Assembly (NCBI RefSeq): GCF_009914755.1
Contig: NC_060925.1
Length of the DNA stretch: 64,000 bases
Strand: one strand, 5' to 3'
Origin: the human T2T-CHM13v2.0 reference genome, Homo sapiens
Shown: positions 12,406-29,445 of the stretch, piece by piece
How the letters are laid out: each line of letters starts with the position of its first letter
How positions within the stretch are numbered: position 1 is the stretch's first letter
Notes under the pieces: model-generated
What the model was told of the DNA's origin: nothing
The model's database searches: none
Seen by the model: only the letters and a program-made list of their open reading frames with translations
Made by a program: the position numbers and the translations under genes

Positions 12406-14755
12406 TCATATGACTGTGTTCTTACCCAAATTTCATGTTGAATTGTAATCACAACCGGCACATGTCTAGGGAGAGACCTGGTGGGAGGTGATTGGATCAT
12501 AAGGGTTGGTTCCCCTATGCTGTTCTCAGGATAGTGGGTGAGTTCTCATGAGATCTGATGGTTTTATAAAGGGCTCTTTCTCATTTGCTCCTCACACTTT
12601 TCTCTCCTGCTGCCATGTGAAGAAGGTTCTTGCTTCCTCTTTGCCTTCCACCATGATTGTAAGTTTCCTGAGGCCTCCAGAGCCATGTGGAACTGTGAGT
12701 CAATTAAACCTTTTTCCTTTATAAATTACCCAGTCTCAGGTCATATCTTTATAGCAGTATGAGAACAGACTAATATAGTCCATTGAAACCACAGAGAGTG
12801 GGGCACAGCTATAAACATACCCAAAAATGTGAAGTAACTTTGGAAGTGGGTAGCAAGCAGAGGTTAGAACAGTTTGGAGGGCTCAGAAGAAGACAGGAAG
12901 ATGTGGGGAAGTTTGGTGGTTCCTAGACACTTGTTGAATGATTTTGATCAAAATGCTGATAGTGATGTGAACAACGAAGTCCATGCTGAGGTGGTCTCAG
13001 ATGGAGATGGGAAAATTACTCGGAACTGGAGAAAATGTCACTCTTGCTATGCTTTAGCAAAGAGACTGACAGCATTTTGCCTCTGCCTAGAGATCTGTGG
13101 AACTTTGAACTTGAGAGAGATAATTTAGGGGATCTGGTGGAAGAAATAGCTAAGCAGCAAAACATTTAAGATGTGACCTGGGTGCTCTTAAAAGCACAGT
13201 TATCTGCATTCACAATGAGATGGCTTGAAATGGGAACTTGTGTTTAAAACGGAAGCAGAGAATAGAAGTTTGGAAAATTTCCAGCTTGATGATGTGATAA
13301 AAAAGAAAAACCCATTATATGGGGAGAAATTCAAGCCAGCTGCAGAAATTTTCATAAGTATCAAGGAGCCAAATATTAATCACACATACAATTGGGAAAA
13401 TGTCTTCAGGGAATGTCAGAAGTTTTCATGGCAGCCCCTCCCATCATAGGTCTAGAGGCCAAGGAGGAAAAAATGGTTTTGTGAGCCAAGCCCAGGACCT
13501 TGCTGCTTTGTGCAGTCTCAGGATTTGGTACACTGCCTCCCAGCCATTGCTAAAAGGCGACAATGTACAGCTCAAGCTGTTGCTTCAGAGTGTGCAAGTC
13601 CAAAGCCTTGGAAGCATCCATGTGGTATTGGTACTGCAGGTCCTCAGAAGTCAAGAATTGAAGTTTGGGAACCTTGCCTAGATTTCAGAGAATGTATGAT
13701 AACACCTGGATGTTCAGGCAGAGGTTTGCTGCAGAGGTGGAGCCCTCAGGGAGAACCCCTGCTAGGGCAGTGCAGAAGGGAAATGTGGGGTTGGAGCCCC
13801 CAAACAGAGTCCACCACTGCATAGGAGAACTGTGAGAAGAGGGCAATCATCCTCCAGATCCCAGAATGGTAGATCCACTGACAGCTTGCAAAGTGTGTCT
13901 GGAAAAGCTCCAGACACTCAATGCCAGCTTGTGAAAACAGCTGAGAAGAGGACAGTGCCCTGCAAAGCCACAAGGGCAGAGCTGCCTGAGACTGGGGAAG
14001 CCCACCTCTTGCATCAGCATGACCTGGATACAAGACATGGAGTAAAAAGACATTATTTAGGAGTTTTAAGACTTAATGACTGCCCCCACTGGATTTTGGA
14101 CATGCATGGGGCCTGCAGCCATTTGTTATGACCAATTTCTCCCATTTGGAATGGGTGTATTCAACCAATGCCTCTACCCAAGTGTATCTAGGAAGGAACT
14201 AACTTGCTTTTGACTTTACAGGCTCCTACGTGGAAGCAACTTGCTTTGTCTCATGAAACTTTGGACTTGGACTTTTGCGTTAATGCTGAAATGAGCTAAG
14301 AGTTTGTGGGACTGTTGGAAAGGCATGACTGTGCTTTGAAAAGAGAGAACAAGATTTGGGAGGGGCTAGGGTCAGAACGATATGATTTGGCTGTGTCCCC
14401 ACCTAAATTTCATCCTCAATTATAATCCTTGTAATCCCCATGTGTCTAGGGAGAGGCCTCATGGGAGGTGATTGGATCATGAGGGCAGTTCCCCCATGCT
14501 GTTTTCATGATAGTGAGTGAGTTCTCATAAGATCTGATGTTTTATAAAGGGCTCTTTCTCCTTCACTCCTCACTCTTCTATTTCTTGCCACCATGTGAAG
14601 AAGGACCTTGCTTCCTCTTCACCTTACACCATGATTGTAAGTTTCCTGAGGCCACCCAAGCCATGTGGCACTGTAAGTCAATTAAACCTATTTTATTTAT
14701 AAATAAGTCAGTCTTGGGTAGTACCTTTATAGCAGTGTGAGAATGAGCTAATACA
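12406..14755 (+). mobile_element. Full-length THE1D MaLR (5' LTR 12406-12777, internal 12778-14377, 3' LTR 14378-14755)
   Basis: Two direct LTRs sharing GGGAGGTGATTGGATCAT and CATGATTGTAAGTTTCCTGAGG flank a THE1 internal sequence with PPT TTTGGGAGGGGCTAGGG. The 5-bp TSD ATATT is at 12401-12405 and 14756-14760. Confidence 0.93.
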
Positions 14756-14760
14756 ATATT

Positions 14761-16360
<1,600 letters not shown>

Positions 16361-16369
16361 ATCCTAACA

Positions 16370-18300
16370 ATATATTTTAATTTTATTTTCAATTTTTATA
16401 GTATTTAATCTGCAATTTTTTATTGTAATTTTATTTACTTAGTCCTTCTAAATTTACTTACTAAATTTAGCTTTTTGCTGATTTTATAGAAGCTTGAGAT
16501 TAATGTTTTAACCAAATCTAAAATGTTTAAAAATTTTTTAAAAACATTTTTGGCTTTTCTCTCATTTTGTCTTTTCTACTCTTTCCTTTTCTCCAGACTA
16601 TGTTTCCTGTATTTTTTCTATTCTTGCCTAGTGCATTATATAGTGCACATTTTGATTACAGTTGACATTTCCCGACATGTATTTCAGGCTCTGTTAATTT
16701 TTTTTCAATCTTTTGTTTCTCTATGCTTCACTTTACATGCTTCTGAAGAGCCCTATCTTTAGGTGAAGCAACTGACTCTTTAAGACATTGTATTTCTTAG
16801 TTCCATATTTCATAATTGATTCTTATCTCAAATTTACTCTTCTATATACTTCTTAAATTATTTAACATGTTTATAACAGTTATTTAATTTTTTTCCTGAT
16901 TCTAACATCTGTATAATGAGCCTGTTTCTGTTGACTATGATTTTCTCTAGATTATGTTTCCTATCTTCCTTCTCTTCTTGCCTCATTTTTAAATTATATA
17001 GTGAACAATATATATTGCAGTGGGTGCCATATTGCAGTGACATGGGATTTTGTCATCTTCCTCTAGGGAATGTTGGATTTTGTTCTAGCAGGTAGTAATT
17101 GGCAGCTACTGTCAGTTCACCTTGATCCAATGGAGGCTTGGTTTTAGACTTTATGTTAAGTCTATTATTTCTACCCATACCTTGGAATATAGCACATAAT
17201 GCTATAGCTGTTTTATTTCTAATGTTTGTTGCATCTGAAGTTCAGTGGAAGCCCAAGATGTTTACAATGCCGTGTAACTTGGGGGACTTGAACTCTTTAT
17301 TTTCACAACTGGGTAGCTTATATATTATCTTCTGAGATCTTTAATCTTACAGCTTTTACTTATCTCTGCATTCCTGCAGTTTCTCCAGGTGTGTGTGTAA
17401 TTTAATGGCAAGATATTTCAGGGTGAGTTTGTTTGTAAATTCTTAAGGTTCCTTAATCGTGATATTTCCCAAACCATTTCTAAGTATTCTGGCATCCCAA
17501 ATTAGAAACTTTGACTTACTACTCCTGTGACATTGCTGCTACTTTTTACTTGCATTGTGAATCTCACACTCTGCACTGTAAGACTGAAGGCTGGGGAGAT
17601 TCTCTGCTTTAATTATCTTTTGTTCACCCCATTAGCAAGGAAAAGATTTCTAACCTATTGTTATGGGGATAGTTTAACAGATGACACCCAGTCCTGGACA
17701 GATGGGATGGACAGCAGTTTATTAGTCACATATACTCACAACCTGGGGAAGGAACATACTACGTGTCCTGCACAGCCACATAGGGATTGTACTTGGAATT
17801 ACCAACCAGAAGCAGTGGCAGGTAAACTTCATAATATCAAGAGGACAGGGTATCTCTGGTTCCCAAAAGAGAATGTAATTGGCTTGTTTGAAAAATTATG
17901 CAGGCTGGCTGGAAACCCATTACTCAGCAATAAGCAGGAACTGTCATTTTCCCCCTTATGGTTGTTTGGCTAGGGTAACTTATCTGTAGGAGCAGAGGTG
18001 GGAAGGCAACTGGTGGTGAGCCCACTGGAGGCCCTCCCAACTTTACCAGATTTTGAAGCAGTTTATAATACTGGAACTTAACTTTAAGACTTAAACCATA
18101 CGCTCTAAGCAGAAAAGCCTGTTAAATGTGGATCTCACATAGCGATATTCGTAATGTGATTTATTGTTTTAAAAAGTCATATACCTTTCAGCTTCTACCT
18201 ATTTTTGGTCATTCTTCACAATGTTCACATTTTTAAAATTTTTATATTTGTCAAAAATGTGTAATTGTTATTGAGAAGGAATTTAGTCCTCTGCAACTTT
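16370..18300 (-). mobile_element. Highly diverged L1M(E) ORF1/5' region, interrupted by MER74A
   Basis: T-rich antisense ORF1-like sequence, e.g. GGCTCTGTTAATTTTTTTTCAATCTTTTGTTTCTCT. Confidence 0.5.
17605..18102 (-). mobile_element. MER74A solo LTR (ERVL)
   Basis: GACAGCAGTTTATTAGTCACATATACTCACA, TGTAATTGGCTTGTTTGAA and GAGGCCCTCCCAACTTTACCAGAT match the antisense MER74A consensus as recalled. Confidence 0.85.
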
Positions 18301-18334
18301 AGGAAAAATAATGTGTCATAGATGTTTTCCTTCT

Positions 18335-18920
18335 GAATATTTTATTATGAAATGTTCAAATATATAGAAAAATTATCAGAATTACACAGAGAAAATACAA
18401 AACCCAGCTAGATTGACAATTAACATTTTGCTATATTTGATTTATGACACATCTATCTATTCATTTTTTATCTAGCTATCAATTCTTCTTTTTTATGCCT
18501 TCATTGTAAGTTGCAGACATTAATGTATTTCACTCTACAGGCATATTGTGATGGTAGATTCAAGAGCATTAGCTGATAGAGAGGATGTAAGGTATGCAAA
18601 AAAGTAGAGTGAAGGTTTACACTATAGATTTTTGACCTAACAATCTAGAAGGATGAAGTGTTTATTATCCCAAGGAGAAATAGTTTGTGTGTGTGAGAGA
18701 GAAAATATGAGAAGCATGACTTTAAAATACGTAGTTTAAGGATCCTATCTGACATCCATGAGTTCTTTAGGTATACATACTAAGAATGCATTCTAAAGAT
18801 CAGGCTAGAGGTACATATCCATGATTAACTTATTTCTTCATCTTCTATCCTCAGCCTAAGCAAAGAGCCTGAAATACAGTCTGTGTCCATTAACATTCGC
18901 TGGATGAATCAATAATTTAA
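18335..18920. mobile_element. Short L1MC/ME 3' fragment (18335-18540) and L2 fragments (18550-18920)
   Basis: AAGTTGCAGACAT L1 3'-end motif. L2-like TTTGACCTAACAATCTAGAAGGATGAAGTG and a 3'-tail GCTGGATGAATCAAT. Confidence 0.5.
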
Positions 18921-21307
18921 TAAATGAGAAAATTTAAGAAAAAATTCTTGGAAATTTTAATTATTGTTAATTTCAAAGGAAAATATTTCAACGTAGAGAA
19001 GAAGGTACCTCAGGGTTCTGATGGTCTATTTCAATTATTTTCAAGAATTTCCATTGATACGAAAGACACATGTTCTTTAAGAAGTCTCACATTGCTTAGA
19101 AAAGATAAATAATTTTGACAGTGTGATTCAATCATTTTTTCAATTATGAAATGAGGTAGCTCAAAATTTTAATTATTTATTTAATATCAGGAACATTACT
19201 TTATGTTTCTATGACCCTAGTTATTGACAAGATAAGTACATTGTAACATAAATTTACCTTGTCTATTTAAAAATTTTGACATAAATAATAGGATATTTAA
19301 TTTAAATATCGACAATATTTTAATTTATTTTCTAATTGGATTTGTTGGTTATCTTCTTGTAGCAGGCAGGTAAATAACAATATACTTTTTGATAAAGGAA
19401 GAATTTCATGGGGCCAAAGATTAGCAACTACACTACAAAACATCTTGTAGTAATTTCCATATGTAAATTTGCATGTTACAAATATAGAATATTACATGAG
19501 GTAAATTATTTTACTTAGCCCCAGAAGGTAAAGTTGACCTAAGCTTGACTTGCTTATTTTTAAGTTTGTTGTTCAATGATTTGTTATAAATAATGGCTGG
19601 AATAATATATCTAGACTCTCTTGAAAGTCACAAATTTATTTTTGGGGGCATTCTAATTAACATTATATTATTAATGGAATAACTGGAAAACACTGCAGTA
19701 ATTGTTGGCTGTGTCAGTGCTTTTGACAGCACTCCTAATTTTGTACTCAAGAGAAAATAATACCTCATGTTGTTCCCTTTGCATGATTAATAGACTAAGA
19801 GTCATTCATCAACTTTTGACTGGTTGTGTAGGATGAGGTCAAGGCAATCACTCAACGTTCTTATTCTTCAGAATTGTCTGAACTGGACATCAAGAAGTTC
19901 TTAATCAGAAGATAAAATTTGCCAATGATATGAGTGAGTATTTTTTTATATATAGATGAACTAAAGGTGTTAAACTCTTGGTATAGTAAGAGTTTGGTAT
20001 TAAGAATAGACTTAGATTTAAAGTGACATCCTGAGCGTGAATTATTCTGTTTGTTGATCTCCAGTCATTCTTCAAATACACTGCAATATTGGCAATCATC
20101 AGGGCTATTTTTCATAATATCCTTTAGCACATTTCAATGTCAGTATATGTTTCACTGTGACTGAATGTCGCTGTACTACAAATCTTTAGGGAGACAGGCT
20201 TGCCTGTCTCTGTGGAATTCTAAGACCTGAAGCATCTTCTACCTGTCACTTTCTGTCTATAATTTTTGAAAGGTGGGTGGAGACAGCCTGGTTTTATTTG
20301 TGATTTCTCAACTGCAACTTAATTTAGAAACCTCAACCTCCCTTTGACCATAAAAGAACATATTTGTAAGAGATCTACAGCTGACCTATAGTGTCAATAT
20401 GTATAATAAAGGAGAATGGACTTACAGAGTATTCGTATCCACTTGTAATGATAATTACAATAAAGTCTTTAGTGCAAAACAAAAAGTATTTCATTTTAGA
20501 AAAAGTAGACCAAATATTAAATTAGAATTATTAACAATAACAATTATTTTACTGTATATTTAATTTTAATATTACATTAATTAAAAGATGACCCTTTTTG
20601 AAACAATCATTTTATTAAAAATGAATATCAATTTATAATTTGTAACAATGACATGTACTTGGTTAAATATGCTTTATAATGATATTTATATTACAAATTT
20701 TGTACTCCATGTATAAAACAAACTATCAGTTTATAAATCAAATCACAGAATTTGATGCATAAAATGTATGCATTAGCTGGGTTATAGAGAATGAATAAAC
20801 ATTTCAACTGAAGAAATTCTATACAGCACTGAAGAACACATGCACTCATAATGGAAAATATGTCCTCTCTGTTGAGTTCTAAAGAAATATAATTTAAGCA
20901 TACAGATATTAAGGAAATGATATTTAGTGAAATCATGAGCTCAGGAAACTTTTTATTTCCTAAATTAATTTAATGCAATCAGCTTGAACTGAAGAGAAAC
21001 AGATGTTGGTAACATTCTCCAAATTTACCTTCCAAAAATCATGTTATAAACTATATGTGTTAACTTTGTTTTTATATAATAGTTTGGCCTCTAGTATTTA
21101 TAATTTTTACATGAATTACAGTTTTTAATAGTTTATGATAGTTCAAAATGTATACTTGCTTTTTCTTGCTTGGGTTTTACCCTAATCTTAAAGAGGCAGA
21201 ACCCAGCCTAATTAATGCAAAGCAGAAACAGAGAAGGAACATTTTTGTCTACTTTTATATTGACGTAAAAGTAGAAAAAATTTGTTTTCACCTATAAAAC
21301 TAGATAG

Positions 21308-21647
<340 letters not shown>

Positions 21648-22937
21648 TAATAATACTATTCATCTTTAGAAATATAAATGAAGTTTTATTGCTAAAATAT
21701 ATGAACAAATACTAAGGAGGATTATCAAAGGTTTGAGATAAGCTGTGAGAATAAAGCAAAATTATGAACACTTGAGGAAACAAGAACAAGAGATTACATC
21801 TACTGGATGTTCGATTTCATTTAAGAATTTATTAAAATAATTGTCACTTATTAGACAAAATAATATATTATAGTGGTGGATGGAAATGGCTTCATACAGA
21901 TGCATTTTTGAGAGTTACATAAATTATAGAAAAAAACACCTGTATAATAATATGTTAAGCCAGGTGAGATTGTCATATCCTTTTCTGTAACTTTTTAATA
22001 GGTATTGTTCCCTTGTTATCATCAGCCGGAACTGTGTACTGATACTTCCTCCAAACACTGTTGGTATAATGAAGGTATCCCAAACACTGTGCTTTGACAT
22101 CATTGTTGTCCACCTGGAGCTGCCCTTGGTGGTCTTGAACATCAGTAGTTTGGGTTCTCTTTCTCTGACCACTAGTTCCTCACAGCACAAAAACATTATC
22201 TCATTGCTATTATTAAATATGGAAGAGACAGTTCAGTCTGCTCTTCTCTTTGACACGCCTATGATTTAAACCTTGTGACAGCAGGTGAATATCTAGTTGA
22301 GAAGCTTGAAGAAGAAATAAGCTACATTTTTTCTAATGAGATCTTAGACACTATTGGAACATTTGAAGGAAATTTTTATATGCCCACTTTGTTTTGTTAG
22401 ATCATGTTTACTGAAAAATAATTACAATTAATCTGAAGTGCCTTCCATGTTCTCTTCCATAGTTTATAGTTGATACAGTTAATACTCTAGAAGACCTTTC
22501 TCATCACTGCTTTTTCTTACTCATCCCCAGGTAACTAAAAGAAGAGTGTGTGATAGAGGATTTGTATCAACCTCTTGCACACACTCTCAACTCCCTTGTT
22601 TATTTCTACTTTTACTATACTCATTAGCCCTCTTTCTTCTACTTGTATCCTACACTACACTGATTTTATTTGACCCAAATTTGTCCCCTCTCTTTATTTG
22701 CCTCAGAGAAAATATTTTTAAAATATTTTATTTCTATCTCACTGGCTCTTTTGTAAGTCTCTATTTGGTGGCCTTTCTGTTGTTAAATAATCTCTAAATA
22801 CTAAAATGCCCCAGGACTCAGTACTCATGCCTGTTTATTTTCCTTGTCTAATCTTATTTCTTAGTGCTTTAGCCAGTTTTTTTTTGGCTCTAAATATTGT
22901 GTATATTATAATGATTCCTGAATACATATTCTATTCT

Positions 22938-24247
22938 GAGAGAAAAGTGGAGCAAGATAGAATAGGATTCCCAGGAATTGTCCCCTCACAGAAATCTTAA
23001 TTTGAACTACTATCCACAAACATGCCTAAACAAGAGCTATAAATACTAGGTGAGTGATACTAGAACTGGTTGAGGCAAAATAATGAGAAAAGAAGCATTG
23101 AAGAAGATAGGAAGGAGGGTTTTACAATACCCACTGTTATCCTTTCCCCAACCCCAGGCAGCACAACCCAGACAGAAATACAATCCACTTGAAGGAGAGA
23201 GGTAAGTGCATATAGGACTTTGCTTTGAGATCCCAAACTGAGCATACAACAATAAAACTCAGAATTGAATAGGCCCCAATAACCTCAAACTCCAGGCCAG
23301 TATCCATCAATTGAGCCCTCAGACTAGCTAGCACTAAGCCAGATGCTGTTGCCCCAGGTTTCATGCTTGTGAAGCGGACTCCATCTCTGGTTCACACTCA
23401 GTAGCTCTGTGTTCAAAACATCCCTCAGTGGCTGACAGGCCTCAATGACCCCAAGTTTCCAGCCTGTCCCAGTGCCATGCTAGCCTCCAGGTTTTGGGCG
23501 TGCCCTAGCACCACAGAAAATACAGTGGCCTCAGGCATCAAAACCACTTCAAATGGTCTGCCTAAAATCTGCAAAGACAAAGCCAGTCTGCAAAGACTGG
23601 AATAAATACCGACTTCCTTAAATGTGCAGACATAGATGCACAACCACGAGGATCAAAAACAATCTAAAAACATGACATAACCGAAGAAATAAAATAAAAT
23701 GCCAGTAACAACCCTAAAGAAATGGAGATGCATGAACTGTCTGACAAAATTTCAAAATAACTATTTTATGGAAGTTCAGTGAAATTTAAGAAAATACAGA
23801 GAAACAATTTAATAAAGTTTGAAAAACAATAAATGACCAGAAAAGAAAATTTAACAGATTGAAATATTTAAAAAACAATAGAATATGAATCCTGAGCAGA
23901 AAACACAATTAACAAAATGAAAAATGCAATAGAAAGCATTAATAGAACTGATCAAGCATAAGAAAACCTGTGTGAACTTGAATAAAAGTTATTTTAAAAT
24001 GGACAGTCTGAAGAGAAAAAAGAATACACAATAATGGAGAAAGCTTATGGGATTTATGAGACAGCAACAAAAAATAGATATTTGATTTATGAAGTTAAAG
24101 AGACAGATAAATGCATAGAAAGCTTATTTAAGAAAATAATAGCAGATAACTTTTCAAATCTAGAAAAATATGTAAATATTCAAGTACACAAATGTTTTAA
24201 AAAATTACTAATCAGAATTAACCCCGAAAAGAGTACTCCAAAACATG
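22938..24247 (+). mobile_element. L1M2/L1MA-type 5' UTR plus ORF1 N-terminal part
   Basis: GGAGCAAGATAGAATAGG start, AAAGCCAGTCTGCAAAGACTGGAA, and ORF1-like ACCCTAAAGAAATGGAGATG and GAAAGCTTATTTAAGAAAATAATAGCAG (ESLFKKIIADNFSNL). Confidence 0.75.
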
Positions 24248-27200
24248 AACTTTGCATTTCTATGTGAATATTAGAACCAATTTGACCATTTCTCAAAAAA
24301 ATGCACCTGGTACTTTAGCATGCAGATAGGTATTGGGTTGGCTCTGTAGATGATTTGTGGGAGTACTGCACTTTTAACAAGCTTTCTAGACCATGAACAT
24401 AGAATGTTTTTAAAAATATTATTTATATCTTCTCTAATTTAATTAATGATGTTTTGAGTTTTCCTTGCACACATTTTGTACTTTTGTTCCTTATATTTTT
24501 AAATATTTTATTTTTATTTAAGCTTTTGTAATATAATAGTTTTATAAATTTTATTTTTAGATTGTTTACTGTTATTGGACAGAAATACAATAGATATTTT
24601 AAGACTATTTTTTAAGATTGCAGCAATTTTAAGAGTACAGCAAAATTGAGGAAGTTACAGATATTTTCTATATATCCCTTACCCTCCACATATGCATAGC
24701 TTCCACTATGATCAATATCACCGCCCAACAGAGTGATTGAGTTGTAACAATGGATAAACCCACAATTACACATCATAACCACCCAAAATTCATAATTTAC
24801 TTGAGAGTTCCTTCTTGGCATTGTACATTATGTGAGTTTGCACAAATGTATAATGACATGTAGTTATTGTTATAGTATCACATAAAGTATTTTAGTTGCC
24901 TTAAAAATCCTCTGTACTCTGCCTATATATCGTTTCTTTTCCCCAACCCCTGGCAATTAAAAATTTCTTAATCAGATCGCTTTCTTATTGTTAAGTTTTA
25001 AGAGTTGTGTATTTTAGATAACAGTCTTTTTTTAGAAATATCTTTTGCAAATATTTTCCCATTGTCTGTACTTTGCTTTTTATTCCCATAACATTGTCTT
25101 TTACAGGCAGAAACTTTTAATATTAATGATGTCCAGATTGTCAATTATTTCTTTCATAGTGTCTTTGATGTTGTAAAAAGTCATTGTCATACCTAATCTA
25201 GCTCATCTACATTGTCCCCTGTTATCTTCCAGAAGTTTTATAGTTTTGTGTTGTATATTTAGATCTATAATCCATTTTGAGCTTATTTTTTGAATGGTAT
25301 AAGTCTGTTTCCAGCTTCTTTTTCATGAGAATGCATAGTTGTTCTAGAACAATTTGAAAAAAAGACCATTTACTTCATTGTATTGCCTTTGCTCCTTTAT
25401 AAAAAGATTAGTTGACTATATTATGGGATATATTTCTGGGCCCTCCACTCTACTCTATTGATCGTTTTGTATTTCTTTCAGCCAGATGTCTTGATTACTC
25501 TAGCTTTATAGTGATTCTTTAAGTTGGGCAATGTCAGTCTTCCAGTTTTGTTTTTCTTCTTCAATATTGTGTTGGCTCTTCTGGAACTTTTGCCTCTCTC
25601 TGTAAACATTAGAATCAGTTTGTTGATGTCCACAATGTAACTAGATTTTTATTGCAATTGCATTAAACCCATAGATCAGTTGTAGAAGAACATATCTTTA
25701 CAATATCAAATTTTCCTATCAATAAAAATGGAATCTTTCTCCATTTGTTTAGTTCTTTAATTTTTTATCAGATTTCTATAATTTTCCTAATATAGATCTT
25801 GCACATATTTTGTTAAATTTATATGTATTTCATTTTTGAGGTGAAAATTTAAATAGCATTGTATTTTCAATGTCAGATTTTACTTGTTTATTGCTAATAC
25901 ATAGGAAAGCACTTGACTTTAACATATTTGCCTTGTATTCTGCAACCTTGTATTCTGCTATAATTGCTTACTAGTTTCAGGAGATCTTTTTCTTATTGTT
26001 GTTTCTTTCATATTTTCTACATAGACTATCATGACACTGCATGCAGAGTTTTATTTCTTTTTTTTCCAATGTACAAATTTTATTTCTTTTTCTTGTCTTA
26101 TTGCATTAGATAGAACTACCAGTACAACGTTTAAAAACATGGAGAGGAGACATTCTTGCCCTGTTTATGATTTTAGTGAAAAAGCTTCTAGTTCTTCATA
26201 ATTATGTACAATGTTAGTTGCATGTTTTTTTGTAGCTAGATATTATTTTACCAAGTTGAGAAATATTTGCTATTTCTCATTCCTGGTTTGCTGAGAGGTT
26301 TTGTTTTTTAGTTATTTTTTGTTTTGTTTTGTTTTTTATCATGTACACATTTGGGATCATGTAAAATGTGTGGGGTTTTCTGCTTGTTTTGTTTTGTTTG
26401 TGCATCTCAATGTGACCATGTGATTTTTTTTCAGCCTGTTGATATGATAAATTGCATTAGTTGATATTCAATTGTTGAATGATATTTTCATATATAGAAT
26501 AAATTTTTCTTGGTTTCAGTGTATAATTCTTTTTATGTATTGTTGGATTTGGTTTGCTAGTATTTTGTTGAGGATTTTTGCATCTATTTAAATGAGTGAT
26601 ACAGGTCTGTAGTTTTTTTTTCTTATAAGATATTTTTCTGGCTTTGGTATTATAATATTTTTGTCCTCATAATGAGTTAGAAATTATTCTCTCTGCTTCC
26701 ATCTTTTGAAAAATATTTTAGAGAATTGGTATACTTTCTTCCTTAAGTGTTTGGTACAATTCACCAGTGAATGGATCTGAGCCTGATGCTTTCTTTTTTG
26801 TGTATCATAGTTCATAAATAGGTAAAGGCATGTTCAGATTGTCTATTTCTTATTATGTGAGTTTTGACTGGTTGTGTCTTGCAAGCAATCAGTTCATTTT
26901 ATCTAGGTTATCAACTTTGTGGCTATAGAGATGTTCATCGTGTATCTTTTCTAACCATTAAAGGGACCTGACATGGAATCATAGTGATATTCTCTATTTA
27001 ATTTCTGATATTTGTAATTTGTGCATCCTCTTACCTCCAGCTCTTTCTCTCTCTTTTGTTTTTGTTTGTTTGTTTTTTGGTAGCCTGGCTAGAGGTTTAT
27101 CAATTTTATTGATCTTTTCAAAAAAAAAAAACAGGTTTGAGTTTTGTTAACTTTTATCTCCTGTTTTGATTTCATTAATTTCTTCTCTAATTTTTAAAAT

Positions 27201-28034
27201 TTATTTTCTTTTTCTTTGGATTGATCTTGTTTTTCTTTTTCCTAGATTTCTATGGTAGAAATTTAAGTTATTTATTTTAGATCTTTAGTCTTTTCTAATA
27301 TATACATCCAGTGATATAAAGTTCCCTGTGAGTTATGTTTTTCTACATCCCACAAATTTTGATAAGCTGCGTTTTCATTTTTATTTAGATACCAATATTT
27401 TTTCAAATTTCTCTTGAGATTTTTTTTTGACCTGTGTATTATTTAGAAGTGTGTTCTTTAATCACCATTTATTTTGGAATTTTACAATTTTCCTTCTGTT
27501 ATTGACTTCTAGTTTAATTCCACTGTGGTCTGATAGAAGACTTTGTAGGATTTCTATGCTTTTAAATTTGTTACAGTGTGTTTTATGGCACAGAATATAG
27601 CCTTTCTTGGGTGAATCTTCTACTTGAGTTTAAAAGTGTATTGTGCTGTTGTTAGATGAAATAGTTTATAGTCAATTATAACTAAATGATTGATGGTGTT
27701 GTATATCCTTACTAATTTTCTGCCTACTGAAACTGTCTATTTTTGATAGGCTGTTAAAGTTTCCAACTACAGTAAAGGATTCATACATTTCTTCTTATGT
27801 TTCTAAGAGATTTTGCCTGTCATAATTTGGTATTCTTTTGTTAGGTGTATACACATTAAGGATTGTTAAGTCTTTCTAAATAATTGGCTTCTTTATTAAA
27901 ATATAATATCTTTTTTAACCACAGTAACTTCCCTTGATTTGATGCCTGCTTTGTCTAAAATTAATATAGCTACTCTTGATTTTTTTATTGTTGTTATTAT
28001 GGTAAAATTTTCTATCCCTTTTCTTTTAATCTAT

Positions 28035-28071
28035 TAGGTTGGTCCAAAAGAAAGTGCGGTTTTTGCCATTA
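28035..28071 (+). mobile_element. MADE1 (Hsmar1 MITE), left arm only
   Basis: TA followed by TTAGGTTGGTCCAAAAGAAAGTGCGGTTTTTGCCATTA, versus the MADE1 TIR TTAGGTTGGTGCAAAAGTAATTGCGGTTTTTGCCATTA. Confidence 0.85.
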
Positions 28072-28087
28072 GGAATAGTGCCTTTAT

Positions 28088-29445
<1,358 letters not shown>

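Noticed and set aside
12874-14131. Cluster of 70-104-aa ORFs
   Set aside because: Frameshifted remnants of the THE1 internal region, not a host gene.
17527-17973. 148-aa ORF
   Set aside because: GTG start and lies mostly within the antisense MER74A LTR, with no recognisable domain.
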